DNA from: Rhodothermales bacterium | Lineage (GTDB): Bacteria > Bacteroidota > Rhodothermia > Rhodothermales > Bin80 | NCBI GenBank assembly: GCA_965209015.1 | Contig: OZ242367.1 | Span: 1,280,865-1,344,864 of the forward strand | Direction of reading: 5' to 3' | Length of the DNA: 64,000 bases | Shown: one piece after another, positions 38,296 to 47,991 of the stretch | How the letters are laid out: the number at the start of each line of letters is the position of its first letter | How positions within the stretch are numbered: the stretch's first letter is position 1 | Program-made: the position numbers and the translations under genes | The notes under the pieces: generated by a model | Told to the model about the DNA's origin: nothing | The model's input: only the letters and a program-made list of their open reading frames with translations | Databases searched by the model: none

Positions 38296-40926
38296 ATGAC
38301 CACTGCATCCCAGAATTTCGTAAATATTGGTGAGCGAACCAATGTAACGGGTTCTGCTAAATTCCGCAAACTCATCGTAAATGGTGATTATGCTACGGCG
38401 ATTGAAGTTGCTCGGCAACAAGTCGAAAATGGGGCTCAGATCATTGATGTGAACATGGATGAGGGTATGTTAGATGGAGCAGAGGCTATGCAAACTTTTC
38501 TCAATTTGATTGCCGCCGAACCCGATATTGCCCGTGTCCCTATCATGATCGATAGTTCGAAGTGGGAGGTGATAGAAGCAGGTCTTAAATGTGTTCAGGG
38601 TAAAGCAATCGTCAACTCAATTTCACTCAAGGAGGGAGAAGCTCAGTTTATTGAGCAAGCACAAAAATGCTTATCGTACGGAGCTGCTTCTGTGGTGATG
38701 GCATTTGACGAGATTGGACAGGCGGATACTGCTACACGCAAAATTGAGATTTGCCAACGTGCATTCAATATCCTGACTGAAGAAGTTGATTTTCCCGCGG
38801 AAGATATTATTTTCGATCCAAATATTTTTGCAGTAGCCACTGGAATTGATGAACATAATAATTATGCGGTGGACTACCTTGAGGCAACCAAGGTTATTCG
38901 AGAAATTTGTCCAGGATGCCATATTTCTGGTGGGTTATCGAATGTCTCTTTCAGCTTCCGTGGCAATGAGCCGGTACGCCGCGCAATGCACTCCGTTTTC
39001 CTATACTATGCTATTCCTGCGGGGATGGATATGGGGATTGTAAACGCTGGTCAGCTTGACATCTATGATGAGATTGAGCCTGGGCTTCGAGAGTTGGTTG
39101 AAGATGTGATCCTCAATCGGAAAGAGGATGCGACCGAAGCACTTGTTGTATATGCAGAACAGTTTCGTGGACAGAAGGGAAAATCGACAGAAAAGGATCT
39201 ATCTTGGCGAAAACTTTCCGTTGGAAAAAGACTTGAACATGCGCTAGTCAACGGCATAACTGAATTTATTGAAGAGGACACGGAAGAGGCGCGTGTTGCC
39301 GTGGATCGTCCGTTACATGTGATTGAGGGCCCCCTCATGGACGGCATGAATGTAGTTGGTGACTTGTTCGGATCAGGCAAAATGTTCTTACCACAAGTGG
39401 TCAAATCTGCCCGTGTAATGAAGGCAGCTGTTGCTTATCTAGATCCATTCATGCAAGCCGAAAAAGAAGAACTGGGCACCATAGGTATTTCAAATGGTAA
39501 AGTACTTATGGCTACGGTTAAAGGCGATGTACACGACATTGGCAAGAATATTGTTGGGGTGGTCCTTGCCTGTAACGGTTATGAGATTGTGGATATGGGA
39601 GTAATGGTACCCTGTGAGAATATTCTCATGGAAGCCAAGGAACAGCAGGTTGATATTATTGGGCTTTCTGGCCTGATCACTCCCAGCCTTGACGAAATGG
39701 TCTATGTAGCGCGCGAAATGCAGCGCTTAGACATGAAACAGCCACTACTGATTGGTGGAGCGACGACATCCCCGGCTCATACAGCAGTAAAAATTGATCC
39801 AGCCAGAAGTAATGGTCCGACCATCCATGTGACCGATGCAAGTCGCGCCATAGGCGTTGTATCCTCATTATTATCTGAAGGTGATCGTACCCTTTTCATT
39901 GAGACGACTCAGACTAGGTATCAGCGGATGCGGGATCGCCGTGTTGGAGGATCACCGAAGCCCCGCCATAATATTGATATGGCTAGGAGCTATGCATACC
40001 AATTGAATGGTTCTGCACCTCAGGCTCCAAGCTTTATCGGCACGAGAATATTCAACGATTTTAGTCTCTCGGAGCTCGCTCGTTATATTGATTGGACGCC
40101 TTATTTCGTAAATTGGAATCTGGCTGGCCACTACCCGCAGATTTTGGAAGATGAGAAAGTGGGGAAGGCTGCACAAGAGCTCTGGCGAGATACACAGGTG
40201 ATGATCCAACAAATCATCACCGAAAGATGGTTTAATCCACGGGCGGTTATTGGTTTTTGGGGTGCCTCCCGAGATGGTGATGATATCAAGCTGGAAACGG
40301 GTGATACACTGCATACGCTGCGTCAGCAAATGGTAAAGGACAATGGACGGGCAAATTTTGCCCTTTCTGATTTTGTTGCCGAGGCCTGTGATCATGTTGG
40401 TGGGTTTGCTGTCACCGCAGGACCAGAGGCGGAAGAGATTTCAAAAATGTTTGAGAATAGGAGAGATGACTATTCCGCAATCATGGTCAAAGCTCTTGCC
40501 AATCGATTCGCAGAAGCCATGGCCGAGTACATGCATCAGTGCGTGCGAAGAGAGTATTGGGGATATGTGCCGGATGAAAATCTTAGTAATGAGGCGTTAA
40601 TCAAAGAAGCTTATTCTGGAATTCGTCCAGCACCAGGTTATCCTTGTCAGCCAGATCACACAGAGAAAGAAACATTATTTCGCCTTTTGAATGCGGATCG
40701 TATTGGTATGTCACTGACCTCAAGCTTTGCTATGATTCCTGCTGCTTCGGTTTCTGGTCTTTATCTTGCCCATTCCGAGAGTGTATATTTTTCTGTGGGT
40801 CGGATTGAGCGTGATCAAGTTGAGGATTATGCCCGTCGCAAAGGCATGGAGATACGTACAGTTGAACGCTGGTTAGGCCCAATTTTGAACTATGACCCGA
40901 CAGATACTGAAATGGTTGTGGCGTAA
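38296..40926 (+). CDS. metH: methionine synthase, pterin-binding + cobalamin-binding + AdoMet-activation modules
   Basis: Starts ...[22 protein letters not shown]12 motif [11 protein letters not shown]...[10 protein letters not shown]...IGGATTS. Activation domain [17 protein letters not shown]. Confidence 0.95.
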   Translation: MTTASQNFVNIGERTNVTGSAKFRKLIVNGDYATAIEVARQQVENGAQIIDVNMDEGMLDGAEAMQTFLNLIAAEPDIARVPIMIDSSKWEVIEAGLKCVQGKAIVNSISLKEGEAQFIEQAQKCLSYGAASVVMAFDEIGQADTATRKIEICQRAFNILTEEVDFPAEDIIFDPNIFAVATGIDEHNNYAVDYLEATKVIREICPGCHISGGLSNVSFSFRGNEPVRRAMHSVFLYYAIPAGMDMGIVNAGQLDIYDEIEPGLRELVEDVILNRKEDATEALVVYAEQFRGQKGKSTEKDLSWRKLSVGKRLEHALVNGITEFIEEDTEEARVAVDRPLHVIEGPLMDGMNVVGDLFGSGKMFLPQVVKSARVMKAAVAYLDPFMQAEKEELGTIGISNGKVLMATVKGDVHDIGKNIVGVVLACNGYEIVDMGVMVPCENILMEAKEQQVDIIGLSGLITPSLDEMVYVAREMQRLDMKQPLLIGGATTSPAHTAVKIDPARSNGPTIHVTDASRAIGVVSSLLSEGDRTLFIETTQTRYQRMRDRRVGGSPKPRHNIDMARSYAYQLNGSAPQAPSFIGTRIFNDFSLSELARYIDWTPYFVNWNLAGHYPQILEDEKVGKAAQELWRDTQVMIQQIITERWFNPRAVIGFWGASRDGDDIKLETGDTLHTLRQQMVKDNGRANFALSDFVAEACDHVGGFAVTAGPEAEEISKMFENRRDDYSAIMVKALANRFAEAMAEYMHQCVRREYWGYVPDENLSNEALIKEAYSGIRPAPGYPCQPDHTEKETLFRLLNADRIGMSLTSSFAMIPAASVSGLYLAHSESVYFSVGRIERDQVEDYARRKGMEIRTVERWLGPILNYDPTDTEMVVA

Positions 40927-41177
40927 TTTACACGCCGAACCATTTCGTTCATACGAATTTGATTATAGAAGATGTATAGAATTCTTTTACATTGGAGACT
41001 GTGATTTGCTACGCCAGTGAACAATCTGAGAAATTGGTTTATTTCAAACCAAGTAGTGGACCTGAGTAAGGGAAGATTCACTGGTGCGTGAACTATTTTC
41101 AAATCAATTCGGATGGCTAAAATTTGGGAGCAGCATCAGGTTAATCTGATGGAGCATTTATTCCAGCGAGACCTACA

Positions 41178-41519
41178 ATGACATACATCGTAATGGATCC
41201 ATGTATCCGGTGTAAATACATGGATTGTGTGGAAGTTTGCCCTGTTGACTGCTTCTATGAAGGAGAAAATATGCTTGTCATCCATCCAGATGAGTGCATT
41301 GACTGTGGAGTTTGCGAACCTGAATGTCCGGTCGAAGCAATCAAACCGGAAACCGAGGATGAATTGGACGGCAAATGGCTTAAGCTCAACACCAAATATG
41401 CTGAAGTTTGGCCGAATATTACGCGAATGAAGGAGCCACCACCGGATCACCAAGATTTTGTCCAAAAAACGAATAAGCTCGCGGAATTCTTTAGCCCAAA
41501 TCCAGGCAAAGGAGACTGA
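41178..41519 (+). CDS. fdxA: 7Fe-type ferredoxin (FdxA-like)
   Basis: [14 protein letters not shown] and [12 protein letters not shown] cluster motifs. 113 aa. Confidence 0.9.
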   Translation: MTYIVMDPCIRCKYMDCVEVCPVDCFYEGENMLVIHPDECIDCGVCEPECPVEAIKPETEDELDGKWLKLNTKYAEVWPNITRMKEPPPDHQDFVQKTNKLAEFFSPNPGKGD

Positions 41520-41520
41520 G

Positions 41521-41903
41521 TTTGACCACTCAAAACCTGGTTTCTGCAAATAACCAGCAAATAAAAATCACAGGCCCCGGAAGTCCAGATTGGTCAGAGA
41601 ACCACTTGGTTTCAATCTATGATGGTACCTCTTGAAAATAACCGACAAATAAAAACATCAACTTCGGGAGCTTTTTATCTACGGAAAACAGACGTATAAT
41701 TTTCAAAAAGATAAAATTATTATACGTCTATCACATATTTTTAACTTTCTTTTGGCAGAGGCAAATTTTATTTGCAATCTAAAATAACAGTTCTAGCAAA
41801 TGACCAGCAAATAAAAAACCGCTCCTTAGAACATCTATCTGGCGAAAAAAAAGTTTTATTTGCAATCTAAATTGGTGGTTTTAGAAAATGACCAGCAAAT
41901 AAG
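41521..41903. repeat. four degenerate copies of a ~47-bp unit (starts about 41521, 41610, 41771, 41859)
   Basis: Unit is TTTG(C)AATCTA-N14-G(C/A)AAAT(A/G)ACC(A/G)(G/A)CAAATAA. Cores lie at 41546-41567, 41634-41655, 41796-41817 and 41884-41903. Copies 3 and 4 carry TTTTATTTGC, inverted relative to GCAAATAAAA. Confidence 0.8.
41691..41728. other. AT-rich hairpin between repeat copies 2 and 3
   Basis: GACGTATAAT (41691-41700) and ATTATACGTC (41719-41728) form a perfect 10-bp stem with an 18-nt loop. Confidence 0.6.
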
Positions 41904-41930
41904 ATTGATGCACATTAAGGTGTCACCGAA

Positions 41931-43427
41931 TTACATACCATTACGTATCCTATCATCCTGCACCCAATAAGGAAGATATTTCATGAATTTACGTCCAGCA
42001 TTTGGATTTACTGGCGAAATCGCTCTCGCGTCTAAGGCTTCGGCCAAGAAACGAGAAGCCTTAGATGTATTTTTATGATCTAGGCCAAACCTTTTTCGTA
42101 CGGTGCTATTCGTCACATGAGCACCTTTGACATACTGGAGGCAGGCGTGCTGGTAGATTGCCTCAATACGATCTGCAGGACTCATAGTAGCTAAGGGTCT
42201 TGGCCCATAAAGTGTAATACGGGTGCTGTCACTAATCACTTCAATTCGTGGGGCAGGCAAATGATGTAGTTCAACTTGGTGGACAATTTTGTCCCATCCA
42301 ATTCCACGTTCCTCACAAATTCCAAATCTACGGAGGAGCCTAGATAATGCTTCGTTGCGTGACTTCGGGGGAGCAGTGACAAAAAATTTGGAATCAATCA
42401 GGGGTACACCTGGGTTGAGGACCTCAATCCGATCCTCAAATATCTCAACCAGCGGCCCAGCCCCTCGTACCGTCAAATCTTGATGAATCAGCGCATTTGC
42501 AATCAACTCACGGATAGGAGCAAGCGGGAAACGCGGTTCCTGTTTTCTAATTCCACCGTCAAAGCGTTCGTCGATGGGAGCTAGTCTATTTACACAATCT
42601 ATTATTTTATAAAATCCCGAAGCATATCCCGCTGTGAGTTCTTCCTCTATGCTTGGAGACCATCTACCCGGCCCAGAATATCTGACAATTCTGATGGGTT
42701 TACGACGTAATGAGTTTGCGTCTCCAAGACTTTGAGCAAATGCAAGACATCCGAGATTCAGGATATCCCAAGCTCCATCATCGCGTTGTTGAATTAAGTC
42801 CTCACTCTGCAGAGCCAGTAGTTGTCCTGACATGTTTGGAGGGACCGGAGTCTTGGCCAAAGCAAAATAGGATTTGTAATCCAAGTAATGAAGAACTCTA
42901 CTACCATCAATAGACTCAATGGCAATTTCTTTTTCAAAAATTCTGGTATCTAATAATCGCCAGAGCAATTTTTCCTTATCAGGAAAGTCATTGAGTCTTC
43001 TGGTATGGGATCCAACACGAATATATGACTCATTATCAAATCTGACAGGTAGATGATCCGCAGCGGGAATCACCAGCACAACAACGGGCTTACCATCTAC
43101 TTGATCTTTTAGGAAGCGAAAATCAACCGAGGGTTTTAGTCGGTGTGAAAGCCAGTGATTCAGATCGTCTTTATTTACTTTTTTTGCGTCAGGATTGAAT
43201 CTTGTCCCAATCACCCGATGATCATCGTCGTGAATTTCCCATATGATATAGCCGTAGGGTTTTTCCGCGATCACAGTAGAGTTGGCAATCGCACTAATAT
43301 TCTGACCAAGTTTCTCAGGTTGGGCATTGCTTGACTTAAATTCAAACCATTCCTTTTCCCGAGGCTGGGAGCATAGTCGGCTGACTAATGCGGGAACATC
43401 AATGGTTGCTGTCATCTCATTTTTCAC
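41931..43427 (-). CDS. COG2865-type protein: AlbA_2 (Schlafen-like) N-terminal domain + HATPase_c_4 + C-terminal wHTH
   Basis: N-terminus EKEWFEFKSS...IANSTVIAEKPYGYIIWEIHDD. Mid IRELIANALIHQDLTVRGAGPLVEIFEDRIEVLNPG. 498 aa. Confidence 0.65.
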   Translation of the reverse strand: MKNEMTATIDVPALVSRLCSQPREKEWFEFKSSNAQPEKLGQNISAIANSTVIAEKPYGYIIWEIHDDDHRVIGTRFNPDAKKVNKDDLNHWLSHRLKPSVDFRFLKDQVDGKPVVVLVIPAADHLPVRFDNESYIRVGSHTRRLNDFPDKEKLLWRLLDTRIFEKEIAIESIDGSRVLHYLDYKSYFALAKTPVPPNMSGQLLALQSEDLIQQRDDGAWDILNLGCLAFAQSLGDANSLRRKPIRIVRYSGPGRWSPSIEEELTAGYASGFYKIIDCVNRLAPIDERFDGGIRKQEPRFPLAPIRELIANALIHQDLTVRGAGPLVEIFEDRIEVLNPGVPLIDSKFFVTAPPKSRNEALSRLLRRFGICEERGIGWDKIVHQVELHHLPAPRIEVISDSTRITLYGPRPLATMSPADRIEAIYQHACLQYVKGAHVTNSTVRKRFGLDHKNTSKASRFLAEALDARAISPVNPNAGRKFMKYLPYWVQDDRIRNGM

Positions 43428-43743
43428 ATCTATGAAATGGCATCATGATCAGCCACTCCAAGGGTAGGCTCGTAGTGAGAGCAGCAATTATAATTATTGA
43501 TCGTTACTCTCATTTTGATATTAAGTGACGGGGATAATATAAGGAGGTCTGATCCAATTTAAGAGCAGACACCGTCTTGGGATTCGGTTAGTCTCGGACT
43601 GAGAGGTCTAGCCCGTAACCAGCAAGTAGCATCTCTCTGATATCCTCAGATACTCTCTTTCTCTTGGCAAAAGCTTTGAGAATGGATAGTAAGGGTTACG
43701 TAGTTCTTGCAGACAAACATCATGGAGCAGGAACTCAGAATGA

Positions 43744-44076
43744 TTACGAATTCCCCTCCGTCTCTGCCGCTGCATGGATACTATTCGCCGTTACATCCCG
43801 ATGAGATGCATTATAAATCGCCTTGCCTTGAGAGATTAGAATAACCTGAGGCGATTCATGTTGAATCCCAAAGTGATCTTCAATATGGTTAGATAGGGAG
43901 CGAGCAGTCTGAACAATCAGTTCAAAGACGGGAAGCTTAACATTTCCCATCTCACGCTTCGCAGTAGCGGAGAGATCACAGGTAGAACTGTGCTTGAACA
44001 CTGCAATAATCTGTGATTCAGATTGCCTGAGAAGTGCTGCAAAATCGTCAATTGAATCTATCGTCTGATAGGACAT
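43744..44076 (-). CDS. ytxJ: YtxJ-family thioredoxin-like (monothiol, bacillithiol-system-type) protein
   Basis: IIAVFKHSSTCDLS matches the YtxJ T-C-x-x-S motif. The ATG at 44076 gives ~110 aa (track start 44109). Confidence 0.6.
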   Translation of the reverse strand: MSYQTIDSIDDFAALLRQSESQIIAVFKHSSTCDLSATAKREMGNVKLPVFELIVQTARSLSNHIEDHFGIQHESPQVILISQGKAIYNASHRDVTANSIHAAAETEGNS

Positions 44077-44155
44077 AGTGCGTGGTTGATTGAGTCTTGG
44101 ATACAACAATTAGCGAGTATCAAGGTTCTATGGCGCACCTAATTTTTTAGAAGCT

Positions 44156-45943
44156 ATGGCCATCCGTACAACAGGTGCCGAGAACATACACTGGGATCTG
44201 ACTCATCTTTACCTTAATGAGTCTGCTATGAAAAACGATCTGGCGGATATGGTAGAGGAAGGAGTCAAATTCAATCAATCATGGAGGGGCAGGATCGCCG
44301 ATTTATCCGCCTCTCAGCTTTACCAAGTGCTCACAGAATTTGAGTCACTTCAGGAGCGTACTGGCAAGGCAATGACGTATGCGTATCTCTCTTGGGCGAC
44401 TGAGACGCATAACCCTGAGCGAGGGGCTTTGCTTCAATATGCACGCGAATTATTTACACAGATCAGCAAGAGCCTGATATTCTTTGGATTAGAATGGATG
44501 AAGGTGGAAAATGATCAGGCCAAGTCTTTGATGAAAAGTGATGAACTCGCGAAATATCGTCATTTTCTTGAATGCGAACGGCTTCTGAAAGATTATACCT
44601 TATCCGAACCCGAGGAGAAAATATTGGCAGAAACACTGGTAACGGGGAGAAGTGCATGGATGCGTTACTTCACCGAGACAATGAGTGGAATGCGCTTTTC
44701 ACTCCGCGGCGAAGAACTTCCCCAAGAACACCTTCTCACAAAGTTGCATGTCCGTGATCGTGAACTGCGCAAAGAGGCGGCAGATAGTTTTACGCGAGGG
44801 CTTGTTTCAAAGGAACATACGCTCACCTTCATTTTCAATACACTCCTCGCTGATAAGGCATCTAGTGACCGCATGAGAGGCCTACCTCACTGGATTAAAT
44901 CCCGCAATCTGAGTAATGAAATTGCAGATGAAACCGCAGATGCGTTAGTAGAAGCCGTGGTCAATCGCTATGATTTGGTGGCACGCTTTTTTAATCTAAA
45001 AAGCAAAATTCTTGGATTCAGTCCTCTCTACGACTATGATCGCTATGCACCCGTAGGAGAGAGCGATACCCATTATTCGTGGGATGAAGCTCGAGAGATC
45101 GTATTAGCAAGCTACCAAGAATTTCATCCACTTCTTGCTGAAATTGCTACACGCTTTTTTAACGAAAAATGGATTGATGCACCAGTTCAAGAGGGCAAGC
45201 AGGGCGGGGCATTCAGTCATGGCGCAGTTCCCAGCGTTCATCCCTATATCCTGCTGAACTACACCGGACGCGCTCGGGATGTACAAACTCTAGCACATGA
45301 GTTGGGGCATGGAGTGCATCAATTCCTATCAAGAGAACAAGGATATTTACAAGCTTCAACTCCATTAACTACAGCTGAGACCGCATCTGTATTTGGAGAA
45401 ATGCTTACGTTCCAGCGATTGTTATCTAAGGAATCCAATTCTCGCAATGTCTTAACTCTTCTGGTTAGTAAGATTGATGATACCATGGCGACCGTATTCC
45501 GTCAGGTTTCGATGAATCGGTTTGAAGATGCAATCCATACTGCAAGACGTGAACAGGGAGAATTGTCGGCGGATAAATTTGCAGAGTACTGGATCGCAAC
45601 CCAGTCAGCAATGTACGGCAACAGTGTAAGTTTGACGGATCAGTATCGGCATTGGTGGAGTTATATCCCGCATTTCTTACACACACCGGGCTATGTGTAT
45701 GCGTACGCCTTCGGCGAATTACTCGTCTTAGCACTGTATGCTCGCTACCTTGAATCTCCAGAAGAATTCCCTGCTCAGTATATTGAACTTATGCGGGCTG
45801 GTGGTTCGGATTGGCCCCACATTCTAGTCGGTCGTTTGGAAGTCAACCTGCAGGATCCTTCATTCTGGCAGCAGGGATTGAATGCAATTGAAGATCTAAT
45901 TGAACAGGCGGAGACAAGCTATGCCGCCTGTGAATCAGATTGA
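44156..45943 (+). CDS. pepF: M3B oligoendopeptidase F family
   Basis: Zn motif HELGHGVH. 595 aa. N-terminal WDLTHLY typical of PepF. Confidence 0.88.
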   Translation: MAIRTTGAENIHWDLTHLYLNESAMKNDLADMVEEGVKFNQSWRGRIADLSASQLYQVLTEFESLQERTGKAMTYAYLSWATETHNPERGALLQYARELFTQISKSLIFFGLEWMKVENDQAKSLMKSDELAKYRHFLECERLLKDYTLSEPEEKILAETLVTGRSAWMRYFTETMSGMRFSLRGEELPQEHLLTKLHVRDRELRKEAADSFTRGLVSKEHTLTFIFNTLLADKASSDRMRGLPHWIKSRNLSNEIADETADALVEAVVNRYDLVARFFNLKSKILGFSPLYDYDRYAPVGESDTHYSWDEAREIVLASYQEFHPLLAEIATRFFNEKWIDAPVQEGKQGGAFSHGAVPSVHPYILLNYTGRARDVQTLAHELGHGVHQFLSREQGYLQASTPLTTAETASVFGEMLTFQRLLSKESNSRNVLTLLVSKIDDTMATVFRQVSMNRFEDAIHTARREQGELSADKFAEYWIATQSAMYGNSVSLTDQYRHWWSYIPHFLHTPGYVYAYAFGELLVLALYARYLESPEEFPAQYIELMRAGGSDWPHILVGRLEVNLQDPSFWQQGLNAIEDLIEQAETSYAACESD

Positions 45944-47040
45944 ACTAATGCTACACGTTTGAGATAAGCATCTCGTGTAACCTGGATGTCTTCAAGGTAC
46001 ATTGGCAATTCGTCTGGTAGCAGTGCCTGAGGACCGTCCACCAATGCCTTGGATGGTTTTGGGTGAAAATCTACGAGTACCATATTCGCCCCAGCAATGA
46101 TGCCCTGAGCCGTTGCATGCATTACATCCATTAATCCATCTGGACTTCGATGTCGAGTACCTACCGAGTGGGACGGATCAATGCAAACAGGCATTCGAGT
46201 CAGGCGATGAACAACAGGTACATGGGAGAAGTCAACAAAATTTCGATGAGGATCTCCAAGATTCGTTTTCATTCCACGAAGTGCAAATATTACGCGCCGA
46301 TTCCCTTCACTTGCCAAATACTCCGCTGCGTTCAAGGATTCATTTAGGGTAATTCCAAACCCCCTCTTGATCAGGACAGGATAATCATCTTGGCGACCAG
46401 CACACTTGAGCAGTTCGAAGTTCTGAGTATTGCGAGTCCCAATTTGTAACATCACCCCAGTAGGATGACCTGCTGCTTCTAGTGCTTCGTTAATCTCTTC
46501 AATATGAGACTCATGAGTAACCTCCATAGAGATAACTCGGATGTCATATTTTCCTGCCAATTCAAAGACATAGGGGAGACATTCTTTCCCATGCCCCTGA
46601 AAAGAATACGGGCTTGTCCGTGGTTTATAAGCGCCCATGCGAGTACAGACTAATTCATTCTCTTTCAGTGTCTGCAGCATGAGTTCTACATGCTCAGGAG
46701 TATCTACTGCGCATAGTCCAGCAAAAATGTGAAGACTCTTCTGATCGAATGTAATCCCATTATATTCAAACTGATGCGGGAAGTCTTCTTGGCCATGCCG
46801 TCCAAGTACGCGGTAGGCTTCCTGAACACGAACCACCCGCTCCACACATGGCAGGCTTTTCATAAATGTGTCCGAGAGAGATTTTGTATCTCCCAAAAGG
46901 TAGATCTCGGTCAAGAGTTGGCCCGCTCCCTGAATATGACGAACTTGATAGGTGATATTGACGAGAGAGTCAAGGTAGCGTAACAGGAGTTTATATTCGG
47001 GAGACTCCTGATCCGTATCAGATTTTAGTATGAGGATCAC
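45919..47040 (-). CDS. 3-deoxy-7-phosphoheptulonate (DAHP) synthase, class I-beta with N-terminal regulatory domain
   Basis: AGLCAVDTPE, VLIKRG, CIDPSHSVG motifs. About 75-aa N-terminal extension as in Thermotoga-type DAHPS. Confidence 0.85.
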   Translation of the reverse strand: MILILKSDTDQESPEYKLLLRYLDSLVNITYQVRHIQGAGQLLTEIYLLGDTKSLSDTFMKSLPCVERVVRVQEAYRVLGRHGQEDFPHQFEYNGITFDQKSLHIFAGLCAVDTPEHVELMLQTLKENELVCTRMGAYKPRTSPYSFQGHGKECLPYVFELAGKYDIRVISMEVTHESHIEEINEALEAAGHPTGVMLQIGTRNTQNFELLKCAGRQDDYPVLIKRGFGITLNESLNAAEYLASEGNRRVIFALRGMKTNLGDPHRNFVDFSHVPVVHRLTRMPVCIDPSHSVGTRHRSPDGLMDVMHATAQGIIAGANMVLVDFHPKPSKALVDGPQALLPDELPMYLEDIQVTRDAYLKRVALVQSDSQAA

Positions 47041-47061
47041 AGTAACAGTAGAAGTATATGG

Positions 47062-47781
47062 TTATTGAGTTTTGAGGCTAGAAGCTGCCGCTTCGTCCAA
47101 TAAAATCGTTACATCGGAATGCGACTGGAGGCAGCTACCTGGGACTTCCTCGGTTTGGGGTGATTCTAAGCAGAGAGCAACAGCTTCTGATTTACCAGAG
47201 CCAGAGGCTAATAGTAAAATTTTGCGTGCTTCCATAATCGTTTTGATTCCCATCGTCACGGCTTGACGAGGCACATCTTCTGAGTGGTTGAAAAAACGAG
47301 CATTATCCCGAATTGTTGAAGGTGCAAGATTAACAATTCGTGTGCGGGAGTCAAATGCCGAACCAGGTTCATTAAACCCAATATGGCCGTTTGCTCCTAA
47401 ACCAAGAATCTGCAGATCAATGCCTCCAATGGTTTGAATAAGTTGATCAAACTTAGCCGGATTTGAATCAGCGCCTGGGAAATGAACCGAACTTGGTCGT
47501 ACATTGACATGTCCAAATAGGTGGTGCTGCATAAAGGCTGAATAGGACTGTTCATGATTTGCGGGCAGGCCGATGTATTCATCCAGATTAACCGTGGTCA
47601 TTTCACCAAAGGTGATTTCTCCACGCTTGTAGCGGTCCACGAGTAATTCGTAAAGCCTCTCTGGAGTACTTCCGGTAGCAAACCCAAATACGCCATTAGG
47701 TATTTTAGTAATGGCATCTGAGAGAATATTGGCTGCGCGTACGCTAACCCCTTCATGGTCTGTGAAGATCTCAATTCTCAT
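47062..47781 (-). CDS. nagB: glucosamine-6-phosphate deaminase
   Basis: FGFATGSTP, NLDEYIGL, LGLGANGHIGFNEPGS. Confidence 0.9.
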   Translation of the reverse strand: MRIEIFTDHEGVSVRAANILSDAITKIPNGVFGFATGSTPERLYELLVDRYKRGEITFGEMTTVNLDEYIGLPANHEQSYSAFMQHHLFGHVNVRPSSVHFPGADSNPAKFDQLIQTIGGIDLQILGLGANGHIGFNEPGSAFDSRTRIVNLAPSTIRDNARFFNHSEDVPRQAVTMGIKTIMEARKILLLASGSGKSEAVALCLESPQTEEVPGSCLQSHSDVTILLDEAAASSLKTQ

Positions 47782-47991
47782 TCGTGCGATTTTATGTGTT
47801 CATGAATGAATGGATCAGCTAGGTCGGTTAGGGAAGACGACTCTACCATCTCTGTCAACTAGTTCATCGGTTAGAATGCTCACGCGGGAGTTGTACGTGA
47901 CCGCGATATCCGTTGTAGAACTTAAACGGTTCATTCATGAGATTTCTCAATACAAAATTCAGTTCGTGACTTGCAGCACGGGCGCCCCATT

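Noticed and set aside
38118-38375. 85-aa minus-strand ORF spanning the metH spacer and the start of the second metH gene.
   Set aside because: It overlaps a confidently called gene start on the opposite strand and has no motif. It is likely spurious.
41521-41903. Considered whether the 88-bp-phased repeats are a CRISPR array, or the chromosomal origin (oriC).
   Set aside because: CRISPR: the repeats are only about 70% alike, there are just four, the spacing is irregular (88/162/88) and no cas genes are present. oriC: I saw only one weak (7 of 9) DnaA-box-like site (TTATCTACG near 41676), and there is no dnaA or dnaN nearby.
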